Source: Patescibacteria group bacterium
GTDB lineage: Bacteria > Patescibacteriota > Patescibacteriia > Magasanikbacterales > GWA2-37-8
DNA length: 64,000 nucleotides
Reading direction: 5' to 3'
Assembly (NCBI GenBank): GCA_028705565.1
Contig: JAQWDH010000004.1
Span: forward strand, 11,728-75,727
The notes under the pieces were generated by a model that saw nothing but the letters and a program-made list of their open reading frames with translations, did no database searches and had not been told where the DNA came from. The position numbers and the translations under genes are program-made. This document shows, piece after piece, positions 28,516 to 36,994 of the stretch; position 1 is the first letter of the stretch; each line of letters starts with the position of its first letter.

Positions 28516-29211
28516 TTAAATAAAGTCAAGCTGTTTTTTTATATATTCTATCGCTTCCAGCTGCTCTGTCAAGCTATTTTCCACCTCCACCGCGGCTATC
28601 TTTGGAATTAAATCAACATATTTTTTTAAATAATCAAATTCTGACAACTTTTCAACTCGATGTGAATCGTAATGTTCATATTCTTTGCCGTTTTCCATAT
28701 TAACATAAGAAACATTTTTTACAGGGCCAAGATGCGCGCAACCGCGAGGATATTTTTTAAGCGTAAGCAAGCTATGTTCATACAAATCGGAACCGCGAAG
28801 CCGTTCGTTTTCCAAATGTGAAAAGTCAACGCAAACTCCGGCATAATTTATAAGCTCTTCATCTATCCACGGAGATGATGAAGAATTTTCCAAATAAATC
28901 ATCCTTTTATAATTTGAATAATTATAAACGAATGAAAAATCTTTTTCAGAATGAATGTTAAAAATTTCGGCTTTAAGTTCGTTTATCAAAAAATCAATTT
29001 CCGCCGGTTCCATATCTGAACGCAAATGGACAAATGGCGTCCGCAGTTTCGCCTCTTTCAACAAAAAACACGCCTCTTCCCTTTCTTCCTTGCCAAGACC
29101 GGTAGAGAAAAAAGCTATTTCTTTTAAATCAAACTTCATCGCGTCTCTGATTGTTTTTCTCCAATCCGCCCCATGGGTTGTTGTGACAGTCGGCAAAATT
29201 TTTGTTTTCAT
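28516..29211 (-). CDS. Hypothetical protein
   Basis: No confident motif. Confidence 0.35.
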   Translation of the reverse strand: MKTKILPTVTTTHGADWRKTIRDAMKFDLKEIAFFSTGLGKEEREEACFLLKEAKLRTPFVHLRSDMEPAEIDFLINELKAEIFNIHSEKDFSFVYNYSNYKRMIYLENSSSSPWIDEELINYAGVCVDFSHLENERLRGSDLYEHSLLTLKKYPRGCAHLGPVKNVSYVNMENGKEYEHYDSHRVEKLSEFDYLKKYVDLIPKIAAVEVENSLTEQLEAIEYIKKQLDFI

Positions 29212-29382
29212 AAAATTTTTGGGTATTATTATTTGTCATTCCGAACGAAGAAAAAAATCTCTGTCCAACGCTCTTTTATTATACCACAAAAAAACGCGAA
29301 AAAAACCAAATATGAATTTTTTTATGGATTTTTTGTTTTGAATATGTTAAGGTTTGAATGATAAACAAATAAATTATTCATT

Positions 29383-30183
29383 ATGAATCAAGTTAAAATC
29401 GCTTGGTATGGCATCCATCAAGGCGAGGAACCGCCGCTTATTCCTGCCGGCGGCATATTTTTTAGCGGATGCGATATGCATTGCGTGTTTTGTCAAAATT
29501 ACCAAATATCCCAACATGGGTTAGGTAATTTTTATTCAAACGAAGAATTGGCCGACATAATGATAAAACTGCAAAATGACGGCGCGGCGAATATTGATTT
29601 AGTAACGCCGACAACTTGGCATAAACAAATAAAACAAGCAATTTTATCGGCAAAAGAAAAAGGATTAAAAATACCGATTGTCTGGAACGGCAATGGTTAC
29701 GAAGATTTGGAAATAATAAAAAGCATGGCCGATTTGGTGGATATTTATTTACCTGACTTTAAATACGGAAAAAACGAATTGGCTTTAAAATACTCCGGCG
29801 CGAAAAATTATTTTGAAACGGCAACGAAAGTCATTAAAGAAATGTTGCGGCAAGTTGGATATTTAAAAATCGTGAACGGCAAAGCCGCGCGCGGATTAAT
29901 CGTGAGGCATCTTGTATTGCCGAACTGTTTGGAAAACAGTTTTGAAGCGCTAAAACGGTTAGCTGAAATAGATATTGATATCCATATAAGTTTAATGAAT
30001 CAATATCTGCCAACGCGCCAAGTAAATAATTTTCCTGAATTAAAAGAAAAAGTAAGCCAAAAAGATTTTCAAAAAATTTATGATTATTTGCTGGGCATCG
30101 GTTTTCACAACGGCTGGACGCAAGGAGAAAACAGCCAAGAAAATTTAACGCCAGATTTTACAAAATCAGAACCGTTCGGTTGA
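29383..30183 (+). CDS. Radical SAM protein (PflA/PflX-like activase family)
   Basis: CDMHCVFC = CX3CX2C; glycine-rich SAM motif. Confidence 0.65.
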   Translation: MNQVKIAWYGIHQGEEPPLIPAGGIFFSGCDMHCVFCQNYQISQHGLGNFYSNEELADIMIKLQNDGAANIDLVTPTTWHKQIKQAILSAKEKGLKIPIVWNGNGYEDLEIIKSMADLVDIYLPDFKYGKNELALKYSGAKNYFETATKVIKEMLRQVGYLKIVNGKAARGLIVRHLVLPNCLENSFEALKRLAEIDIDIHISLMNQYLPTRQVNNFPELKEKVSQKDFQKIYDYLLGIGFHNGWTQGENSQENLTPDFTKSEPFG

Positions 30184-30203
30184 AAAATATAGATATGAAT
30201 ATT

Positions 30204-31430
30204 TTACCATTTACGGCGAACGCGAAACTGATGACGATTTGCCCCGTTAAAGTCGCGCGCGCCTTCATAATTGGAAAAACGCGCCGGAACCGGTCTGCGC
30301 GGCGGTAAAACCGGCAACGATATAACTGTGAGTTGTTTGCGAATCAATTTTTCAATTTGTTTTACTTCTCCCCTCTGATTCGGAGCGACAAAAGATACGG
30401 CCTTTCCGGATTTTCCAGCCCTGCCTGTTCGGCCGATTCTATGCACATAATCTTCCGGATTATCCGGCAAATCATAATTTATAACAAGAGAGATATCATT
30501 AACATCAATGCCGCGCGAAGCGATATCTGTCGCAACCAAAACGCGGTATTTTCCTGACTTAAATCCTTCCAGCGCTTTTTGTCTTTGTGAAAGCGAACGA
30601 TTGGAATGAATTTCCGCGACAGAGTGTCCCATGGCAGTTATACTTCTTGTATATTTTTTTACTCCGTGTTTGGTGCGAGAGAAAATCAACACAGTGCCGG
30701 CATTATCCGCCAAATGCTTTTCCAAAAGTTGCATTTTACATTCATTGCCAACTATAAAAACTTCATGAGTTATATTCGCGGCTGAAGTTCCTGACGGGGC
30801 CGCTTCTATTCTCACGGGATTTTTCATGTATTGATTGGCAATTCTAATAATTTCCGTAGGCATGGTGGCGGAAAACAATAGGGTCTGGCGATTAGCTGAT
30901 ACGGAGCTTAAAATTTGTTTTATTTGCGGAGCAAAACCAATGTCCAACATTCTATCCGCTTCGTCCAAAACAATAATTTTTACATTCTGAAGCGAATAAT
31001 TCTTTTGTCTAAGATGGTCCATTAAACGGCCTGGGGTCGCTATAACTATATGCGGGTTGCGGTGCAAACTTCTGATTTGTCCGTCAATGCGCGCCCCGCC
31101 GATAATTACGGCTGTGCGCAGACCTAACTTTCCACCCAACTTTTGCATTACCTTGTCCACTTGCTCGGCAAGTTCGCGAGTTGGCAACACTATTAATCCT
31201 TGGCCTTTTAAGGATGACAAGCGTTGAATTATCGGTACGCCAAAAGCCAGGGTTTTTCCTGTGCCTGTCTGCGCTATGCCAACGACATCCTTGCCTTCCA
31301 AAACCGCAGGGATGCATCTGCTTTGGATTGGTGTTGGTGATGTAAATTTTTGCTCCGCCAAAATGGCAAGCAAATTTTGAGAAATGCCAAGATTGTTAAA
31401 ATCCGGCATCGCCTGATTTGTTTGTGTCAT
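30204..31430 (-). CDS. DEAD-box ATP-dependent RNA helicase
   Basis: Q motif, AQTGTGKT, DEAD (VLDEAD), SAT, HRIGRTGRAG. Confidence 0.9.
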   Translation of the reverse strand: MTQTNQAMPDFNNLGISQNLLAILAEQKFTSPTPIQSRCIPAVLEGKDVVGIAQTGTGKTLAFGVPIIQRLSSLKGQGLIVLPTRELAEQVDKVMQKLGGKLGLRTAVIIGGARIDGQIRSLHRNPHIVIATPGRLMDHLRQKNYSLQNVKIIVLDEADRMLDIGFAPQIKQILSSVSANRQTLLFSATMPTEIIRIANQYMKNPVRIEAAPSGTSAANITHEVFIVGNECKMQLLEKHLADNAGTVLIFSRTKHGVKKYTRSITAMGHSVAEIHSNRSLSQRQKALEGFKSGKYRVLVATDIASRGIDVNDISLVINYDLPDNPEDYVHRIGRTGRAGKSGKAVSFVAPNQRGEVKQIEKLIRKQLTVISLPVLPPRRPVPARFSNYEGARDFNGANRHQFRVRRKW

Positions 31431-31606
31431 ATAAATTTATGCGGCCCGATTCCTGCTTTGCCACATTATGACACAAGATAGGTTCGAGTCGTCATCGCTT
31501 ATTTAGCGACGACATGATTAAGACACGCAATATTAACACAAAAGCCGATTTTTGTCAAGGCTTGACGCTTTAATTTGGTATAATTGATTTAAAAAAATAT
31601 ATATAG

Positions 31607-31636
31607 TTGACAAGTTTTGTCGCGATAAATTATAAT
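31607..31636 (+). promoter_or_regulatory. Sigma70-like promoter (TTGACA-N18-TATAAT)
   Basis: Exact consensus hexamers about 40 nt upstream of the 31678 ORF. Confidence 0.45.
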
Positions 31637-31677
31637 TGATATGGGTGGAGTTTTTAATTAAAATTAAATAAAAAAAT

Positions 31678-32016
31678 ATGGCTTGTTTTTTAGCTCCGGC
31701 AACCGTAGCGATAATAACAACTGGGATGAGGAAAAAGATTCCCCAAAAATATCACATGGAGTGGCTAAATACCATGCTTTGGGGCGGTGTTGTTATGTTA
31801 GCGGTTGAACATTTTACTCACGGTGAGATTACGTTATATCCGCCATTTTTAACGGCAATGCAAAACCCGGCCGATATCCCGACAATGTTGCATGAATTGG
31901 CGACAATGGGCGGAGCAATGACAATTGCGATTTTTGCAGTTTGGACAATAATGGTTTTAACTGTAAACATTGTTGAAAAAATACGCGAAAAGAAAAATTT
32001 AACCTTAATAAAATAA
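31678..32016 (+). CDS. Small membrane protein, paralog 1
   Basis: Shares a KKY...MLWG..VM.L..H motif with the adjacent ORF. Confidence 0.4.
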   Translation: MACFLAPATVAIITTGMRKKIPQKYHMEWLNTMLWGGVVMLAVEHFTHGEITLYPPFLTAMQNPADIPTMLHELATMGGAMTIAIFAVWTIMVLTVNIVEKIREKKNLTLIK

Positions 32017-32020
32017 ACTT

Positions 32021-32305
32021 GTGTGGTTAATTACGACACTCATTTTTGCGCTTATAGCGACTTTATTGCGATATCTTTTGAATAAGAAATACAAATTAGG
32101 ATTCTTGAGTTTAATGCTTTGGGGCGCGACGGTTATGATATTGACTGATCATCTACTTGGATATAAGGGTGGTAAATTTCTGGAATTTGAAACTGATGGT
32201 CTGATAAGAAACGGGACATTATTGGGTGTATTGATGTTTATTCCTGTTTTCATAATATGGCTTATCTCGCTTTTTACTCCAAATCTTAAAAATCAACTTA
32301 AATAA
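32021..32305 (+). CDS. Small membrane protein, paralog 2
   Basis: LNKKYKLGFLSLMLWGATVMILTDH versus KKIPQKYHMEWLNTMLWGGVVMLAVEH in paralog 1. Confidence 0.4.
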   Translation: MWLITTLIFALIATLLRYLLNKKYKLGFLSLMLWGATVMILTDHLLGYKGGKFLEFETDGLIRNGTLLGVLMFIPVFIIWLISLFTPNLKNQLK

Positions 32306-32313
32306 TAAATTAA

Positions 32314-32342
32314 AAAAAGGATATGATAGACATATCCTTTTT
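32314..32342. terminator. Bidirectional hairpin terminator between the membrane paralogs and cooS
   Basis: aaaaaggatatg-ata-gacatatccttttt. Confidence 0.5.
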
Positions 32343-32345
32343 GCT

Positions 32346-34256
32346 TTATATTCCCAGTTTTTTTCTTTTATTTATTATCGTTTCCGCAATCCTGCTGGCG
32401 GCTTTTACAGGATCGCCCTCAATAATAAATTTTCCGCCAAATAGACGCTGAAATTTTTTGGTTAATAATTTTACAACCTCTGTGCTGCCAAAGATCGGCG
32501 GTGTGATCCCGAGATGGGTTGTTATACCTAACGACAACACGCCCATCCCTATTGCGATAGCTTTTTCCGCTACCCACTCTGCGGCTGAAGCCGCTATAGG
32601 CAATTCCTTTATCGGAACGCCCATTTTTTCGGCAATAGCCGATATAAGGACAACCGCTCTTCCATTATCTGTACAGCTTCCGAGGTGCCATACAGGTGGC
32701 AGGGGCTTACCAAGTCCGGCTTTTTCTCCAAGCAACAATAATATATTTTTTAGTTTGTCGCCAGCAAAAGATGAAGCGCCGGAACTAAGCAGTCCGGCTC
32801 TCCCGCATGCCTGCGCGGCGCAACCGGTAGCTATTACTAATATATTTTTTTTCAAAAGTTTTTTAGCTATTGTCACGTGGTTTATGTCTGCGATAACTTT
32901 TGGACTTGTACAGCCAGCCAGAAGCACTATCCCATAAATATCCCCTTTTTTTATAGCGGATATCAACGGCTCCAGGGGGTCTCCTGAATTAATTTTTGAA
33001 AATATTTCAAGACATGTCTCTACCGAGAACCCGGCAATTACTTCCTCAGGTTGTTTTTCCGAAATATGAAAAATTTCATTGTTTCTTTTTTTAAAATTCT
33101 TAATCGCAATTTCCATTATTTTTTTTACTGATTCATCAGTATGTTCTTCATTAAACTGAATGTGAACGGCGCCGCGTATTTTTGCAAACTCACTAGATGT
33201 GACAATTTTCGTATGGAAACACCTTGAGACGTTTATGATATTCGGAAAAATACACTGGACATCAACTACAAACGCCTCAACTAGACCGGTGGCAATAATT
33301 AGCTCCTGTTGCAAATTACTACCAGCCAAATGTATTCCGTGTCTCATCAAAATCTCATTTCCGGTGCAACAGCACCCAACAATATTTATACCTGATGCCC
33401 CCGACTTTTTAGCTTTTTCTATATATCCAGCGTCTTTTGATAATTCAACTATTTTTTCCACAAGCAATGGGTCGTGTCCATGCACAACTATGTTTACTTT
33501 GCTAACATCAAGAACGCTGAAACCTATTTCCGAGCAAATAAGCGCCGGAATTCCCAGCAACACATCCTGAAGCTCGGAACAAATTATCATAGAAACTATA
33601 TCGGCCACGCCCATTCTTATGGCGTACGCCATAAATGCTACATAGTCAGCCATAACTCCCATGGAAAACATGTGTTTTCCATTTAGTATTTCTTTTCCTA
33701 CAGAACCGGGGATAACTCCAACTTTTAGAATCTTTCCCGCGTTCAAAAGACCTGTCAAAACACTGCAAGGTAAATAAGATAAAAAACTCATTGATACTTT
33801 ATTGCCTGTTATGTCGGAAATAGCTTGCGAGGCAACCTGTTCAGCGATACTCTCAATACTTTGCGACGTGTCAATATTTAATTTAGTAGCAATGAATTTC
33901 AGTTTTTCTACATCCTTTATTTTAAAGGCGGCGGTTTCAGATTTGGCTACCTTTAAAAGTACCGATGCCACATGCAATGCGTGCGATGCGTGACATGCTG
34001 TGCCTCTCAACACCGTCTCAAACCAATTCCTTGCCACGATGGTATCAACATTTGCTCCGCATGCCCCGTTCTCTCTGCATGGACCAAGACCGCAGCGATT
34101 GCAACAAGTACCGAGTTGCCCCACTCTGCACCCCTTAGCCAGATTTGAAAAAACTGTGCTTATACCTTTCTTTTCTGTGTATTCAATCATTTCCTCCGTA
34201 GCTTTATCTAATGCTCTTAATCCCATTACCTTTTTTGGTTGTTTATCAGTTGACAT
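32346..34256 (-). CDS. cooS: Anaerobic Ni-Fe-S carbon monoxide dehydrogenase catalytic subunit (CooS family)
   Basis: N-terminal B/D-cluster motif C-x7-CC-x2-C-x4-CRE, then CGAN..TIVARN and ACHASHA. C-cluster ligand motifs HGHDP, GCCCTGNE and HLGSCTDN. 636 aa. AAGGAGG lies 5 nt upstream of the ATG. Confidence 0.8.
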   Translation of the reverse strand: MSTDKQPKKVMGLRALDKATEEMIEYTEKKGISTVFSNLAKGCRVGQLGTCCNRCGLGPCRENGACGANVDTIVARNWFETVLRGTACHASHALHVASVLLKVAKSETAAFKIKDVEKLKFIATKLNIDTSQSIESIAEQVASQAISDITGNKVSMSFLSYLPCSVLTGLLNAGKILKVGVIPGSVGKEILNGKHMFSMGVMADYVAFMAYAIRMGVADIVSMIICSELQDVLLGIPALICSEIGFSVLDVSKVNIVVHGHDPLLVEKIVELSKDAGYIEKAKKSGASGINIVGCCCTGNEILMRHGIHLAGSNLQQELIIATGLVEAFVVDVQCIFPNIINVSRCFHTKIVTSSEFAKIRGAVHIQFNEEHTDESVKKIMEIAIKNFKKRNNEIFHISEKQPEEVIAGFSVETCLEIFSKINSGDPLEPLISAIKKGDIYGIVLLAGCTSPKVIADINHVTIAKKLLKKNILVIATGCAAQACGRAGLLSSGASSFAGDKLKNILLLLGEKAGLGKPLPPVWHLGSCTDNGRAVVLISAIAEKMGVPIKELPIAASAAEWVAEKAIAIGMGVLSLGITTHLGITPPIFGSTEVVKLLTKKFQRLFGGKFIIEGDPVKAASRIAETIINKRKKLGI

Positions 34257-34345
34257 CTCGTTCCTCCTTGCGGATTATTTCCGCGTTTAATTTTCTAATT
34301 TTCAAAGATCCGCTATATAGACAATAATACAAAAAAACAGAGCCG

Positions 34346-34394
34346 TCAATGTCGCGCGCTGTATATATATTATATACATAACGCGCGACATTGA
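34346..34394. promoter_or_regulatory. 49-bp perfect palindrome (13-bp GC-rich arms tcaatgtcgcgcg / cgcgcgacattga around a self-complementary AT spacer) 90-140 bp upstream of cooS
   Basis: Seen directly in the sequence; a candidate operator for a dimeric regulator. Confidence 0.45.
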
Positions 34395-34451
34395 ATCCAA
34401 CCTCTCGCTTATACAGATAAATCCTAAAAACAGACGGCATGCCGTAAATAT

Positions 34452-34477
34452 AAAAGAGCAAAATCATTTGCTCTTTT
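34452..34477 (-). terminator. Rho-independent terminator of the DUF218 gene
   Basis: aaaagagcaaa-tcat-ttgctctttt with a U-run on the minus strand. Confidence 0.5.
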
Positions 34478-34574
34478 ATACCAATAGTTATCTGGGTCTT
34501 CCCGCTTTCCTACCATTTTCCCATCTAAATAAAATTTAAATTTATTTTTTTGTTATATAAATAAATTTGGTACA

Positions 34575-35282
34575 TTATTTTTCTCTAATCGCGGCTGGGG
34601 CATCTTTGGATATATCGCCCTTGTTCGCATATGAAATAATTTTTTTTACTTCTCCATATACAACCTTAAAAACATCATACGGAATTTTTCCATGAGGAAC
34701 TGGGATAATGTCAAAATTTATATCCGGGTTTAAATTTTTATAACCAGTTCTTACTGCCCTGGGTACATGATAATCACTTGTGACAAAAGTTATGTGCTCG
34801 TGTTTTTTATCAGCAAAGTAATTATTGATTGTCTCAAATTGAGTTTTTGTATTACTTATGCCGCCCGCTCCGCAATCCACTAACTTCAGCTTTTCTATTG
34901 GGAAACCCATTTTTTCTACAATCTGTTTCATTATTGGAAGTTGTTCAATGGTTCCGCTAAGTATAAGCGATGGCGCATGCTGTAAAATATCTTCATTTCC
35001 AATTTCGTCTACGCCTTTATTCGCTTTCTTGGCAACTATTTGCGAAATAATTTCTATTCCCATTTCTATTCGCGCTTTATTTTCGGCATTTTCAGAACGT
35101 GAATAATCAATACTTTCCCCATCTTTAATAAATTTTTTGCCTGACAAAACAACTACTCCTTCTGTTTTTACGGGTATTTCATATTTAATTGAAGTGAGGG
35201 CGTCTCTAAACTCTTTTTGTATAAGTTGGTGGCAAAATTCTTTCCTATCGTTTGTTGTTCCAAATTTTTCAAAAGTCTCCAT
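34575..35282 (-). CDS. DUF218 (YdcF/ElyC-like) domain protein
   Basis: GG..S.T..N motif (VDCGAGGISNTKTQFE) and ITFVTSDYHVPRA, characteristic of DUF218. Confidence 0.55.
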   Translation of the reverse strand: METFEKFGTTNDRKEFCHQLIQKEFRDALTSIKYEIPVKTEGVVVLSGKKFIKDGESIDYSRSENAENKARIEMGIEIISQIVAKKANKGVDEIGNEDILQHAPSLILSGTIEQLPIMKQIVEKMGFPIEKLKLVDCGAGGISNTKTQFETINNYFADKKHEHITFVTSDYHVPRAVRTGYKNLNPDINFDIIPVPHGKIPYDVFKVVYGEVKKIISYANKGDISKDAPAAIREK

Positions 35283-35286
35283 AATT

Positions 35287-35484
35287 TTATCCTATTAACT
35301 TATCAATACTCACCTCAAGGGCTTTCGCGATTTTCTTGAGAGTATTAAGCGTTGGATTCTGGTTTTTACCAGCTTCAATTTTAATAATCGTATTATTGGC
35401 GACATCAGCCAATCTCGCTAATTTTTCTTGGGAAAAACCCTTTGCTTCTCTAAGTTTTCTAAGTGTTTTTGTAATATTTGACAT
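35287..35484 (-). CDS. XRE-family helix-turn-helix transcriptional regulator (65 aa)
   Basis: LRKLREAKGFSQEKLARLADVANNTIIKIEAG is a canonical HTH_3; the stop lies 4 nt before the DUF218 start. Confidence 0.8.
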   Translation of the reverse strand: MSNITKTLRKLREAKGFSQEKLARLADVANNTIIKIEAGKNQNPTLNTLKKIAKALEVSIDKLIG

Positions 35485-35686
35485 ATAAATATTGCAGTAG
35501 CAGAATTAAAGTATCAGTAATATTAACTCTCAACTACTTTAACGCTACACCAAAAAATTAAAATTGTAAACAAACTACACACTTGCGTCGCTCAATCTCT
35601 CTTGACAGGATACTCGGGTTCAATACTAGAGTGGTGAGGAGTTTGGTAACTAAAAACTCTTTGGCGGTAAATTCCGAAAATGAAAA

Positions 35687-35713
35687 GGGCCCGTCACGCG
35701 ATGGCGACGGGCC
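35687..35713 (-). terminator. GC-rich hairpin terminator downstream of the exonuclease gene
   Basis: gggcccgtc-N10-gacgggcc, followed on the minus strand by UUUUCAUUUUC. Confidence 0.5.
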
Positions 35714-35732
35714 TTCCTACCTTCCTACGGGT

Positions 35733-36317
35733 TTAATTATTCAAACTAGCGCCTAGCGCTCTCAATCCGACGACGATCCCCCTTGCGTCGCTGAGAGCAT
35801 TGTGGTGGGGTCCGGCAGATTCTATACCAAACGCTTTCGGTGCGGCCCCACTCTGTTTGATTTTAACACCATGTTGGAAGAAAACCTTATTAATATTGTG
35901 GAACCGTCCCATTTTAAATGGGAACTTGATTCCGTAAAGTTTGCAATTTTCCATTAGCACGTCCCGGTCAAACAGCCGGGAGTCGTCAATTTTATCAAAG
36001 CAGTAAAGTTCAGTCTCCGAACAAAACTCAAAAAAATTTCTTAAAAAAATTTCGAACTTTACTCCTTTTTCATCAACCTCTTTTTGTTTAATATTAGTAA
36101 GGTTGATGAAATACTGGGAAAGGACTGTGTTGATTTTGGGTCTCACCAAGAATTCAACACTGTCTAATTCAATAAACTTTTCCGTTTCCACTAAAACGGC
36201 ACCGAGCTGAATAACTTCTCGGTGCTCCCCCGGAAGAGACCAATTCCTTGCTGCCGCGCCTTCCCAAGTGGTGCACTCCAAGTCAAAAATTACAATTTTT
36301 TTTGGTAACCCAAACAT
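35733..36317 (-). CDS. DEDDh-family 3'-5' exonuclease (DnaQ/RNase T-like, stand-alone)
   Basis: Exo I IFDLECTT, Exo II YCFDKIDD, Exo III HHNALSDARG; GAAGGAGGT lies 6 nt before the ATG. Confidence 0.7.
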   Translation of the reverse strand: MFGLPKKIVIFDLECTTWEGAAARNWSLPGEHREVIQLGAVLVETEKFIELDSVEFLVRPKINTVLSQYFINLTNIKQKEVDEKGVKFEIFLRNFFEFCSETELYCFDKIDDSRLFDRDVLMENCKLYGIKFPFKMGRFHNINKVFFQHGVKIKQSGAAPKAFGIESAGPHHNALSDARGIVVGLRALGASLNN

Positions 36318-36491
36318 TCTACACCTCCTTCTTCGTATGATGTATTTAGGGTAAAGTTAATCCGATTTAATGCGACCGGATCTTCTATTGTCAACCTCCT
36401 TAATATTCATTTGTTAAAGACCTCCGTTAAGGACCTCCTTTTAATTTAAAATCCATGAACCTATGATGATATCACGGATTAAATAAAAAGT

Positions 36492-36511
36492 CAAGCGCAC
36501 TACGCGCTTGC
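36492..36511 (-). terminator. Hairpin terminator after the 36521-36988 gene
   Basis: caagcgc-acta-gcgcttg then UUUUUUAUUU on the minus strand. Confidence 0.45.
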
Positions 36512-36520
36512 TTTAACTAT

Positions 36521-36988
36521 TTAGGTGTTTATAACTTGCTTAATCGCGGTCTCAAGTCCGCTTGGGTCATCTGTCCCGATGCGGTAAATTTTTCCATTTT
36601 TCATAATTATTTCAACGGCATCAAAACCAGAAACATTGTAAATCCAAATCTTGGGACATAGGCAAAATCTTATTCCCCAACCATAATACCAATGATTCTT
36701 TACTTGCTTTACTGAAGCTATATCGCTGAGCAAAAATTTTTTTCTGAAAATTCCATAACCAAATTTAATCTTAAGATATTTTTCATCAATGGATACTGTT
36801 AGCGTTACAAACGATGCAAGAATAAACAGAACTAATGCCATTGTGGAAGTAACAGCAAAATTTGTGCCAGAGTTGACCGATGGGGGTTCTGCCCGAGCTG
36901 TAATGTAAGCCCATGCGAAAAATACCAATACAACCAGCGTGACAACTATCATCAGGTAACTAATTTGAGTGTGTTTGTATAAAATCAT
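36521..36988 (-). CDS. Membrane protein with a bacterial PH-like domain
   Basis: Two TM helices then ...YLKIKFGYGIFRKKFLLSDIASVKQVK...; a weak bPH_2 resemblance. Confidence 0.4.
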   Translation of the reverse strand: MILYKHTQISYLMIVVTLVVLVFFAWAYITARAEPPSVNSGTNFAVTSTMALVLFILASFVTLTVSIDEKYLKIKFGYGIFRKKFLLSDIASVKQVKNHWYYGWGIRFCLCPKIWIYNVSGFDAVEIIMKNGKIYRIGTDDPSGLETAIKQVINT

Positions 36989-36994
36989 AAATTA

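Noticed and set aside
34346-34394. The cooS-upstream 49-bp palindrome read as an intrinsic terminator of the upstream DUF218 gene
   Set aside because: On the minus-strand RNA the U-run begins 9 nt after the stem instead of abutting it, and a better terminator (34452-34477) already follows the DUF218 gene. Operator or cruciform is more plausible, though read-through attenuation cannot be excluded.
35583-35800. Repeated word cttgcgtcgct at 35586 and 35786
   Set aside because: The second copy lies inside the exonuclease coding region, where it encodes the conserved Exo III LSDA motif on the other strand. An 11-bp match is not significant; coincidence.
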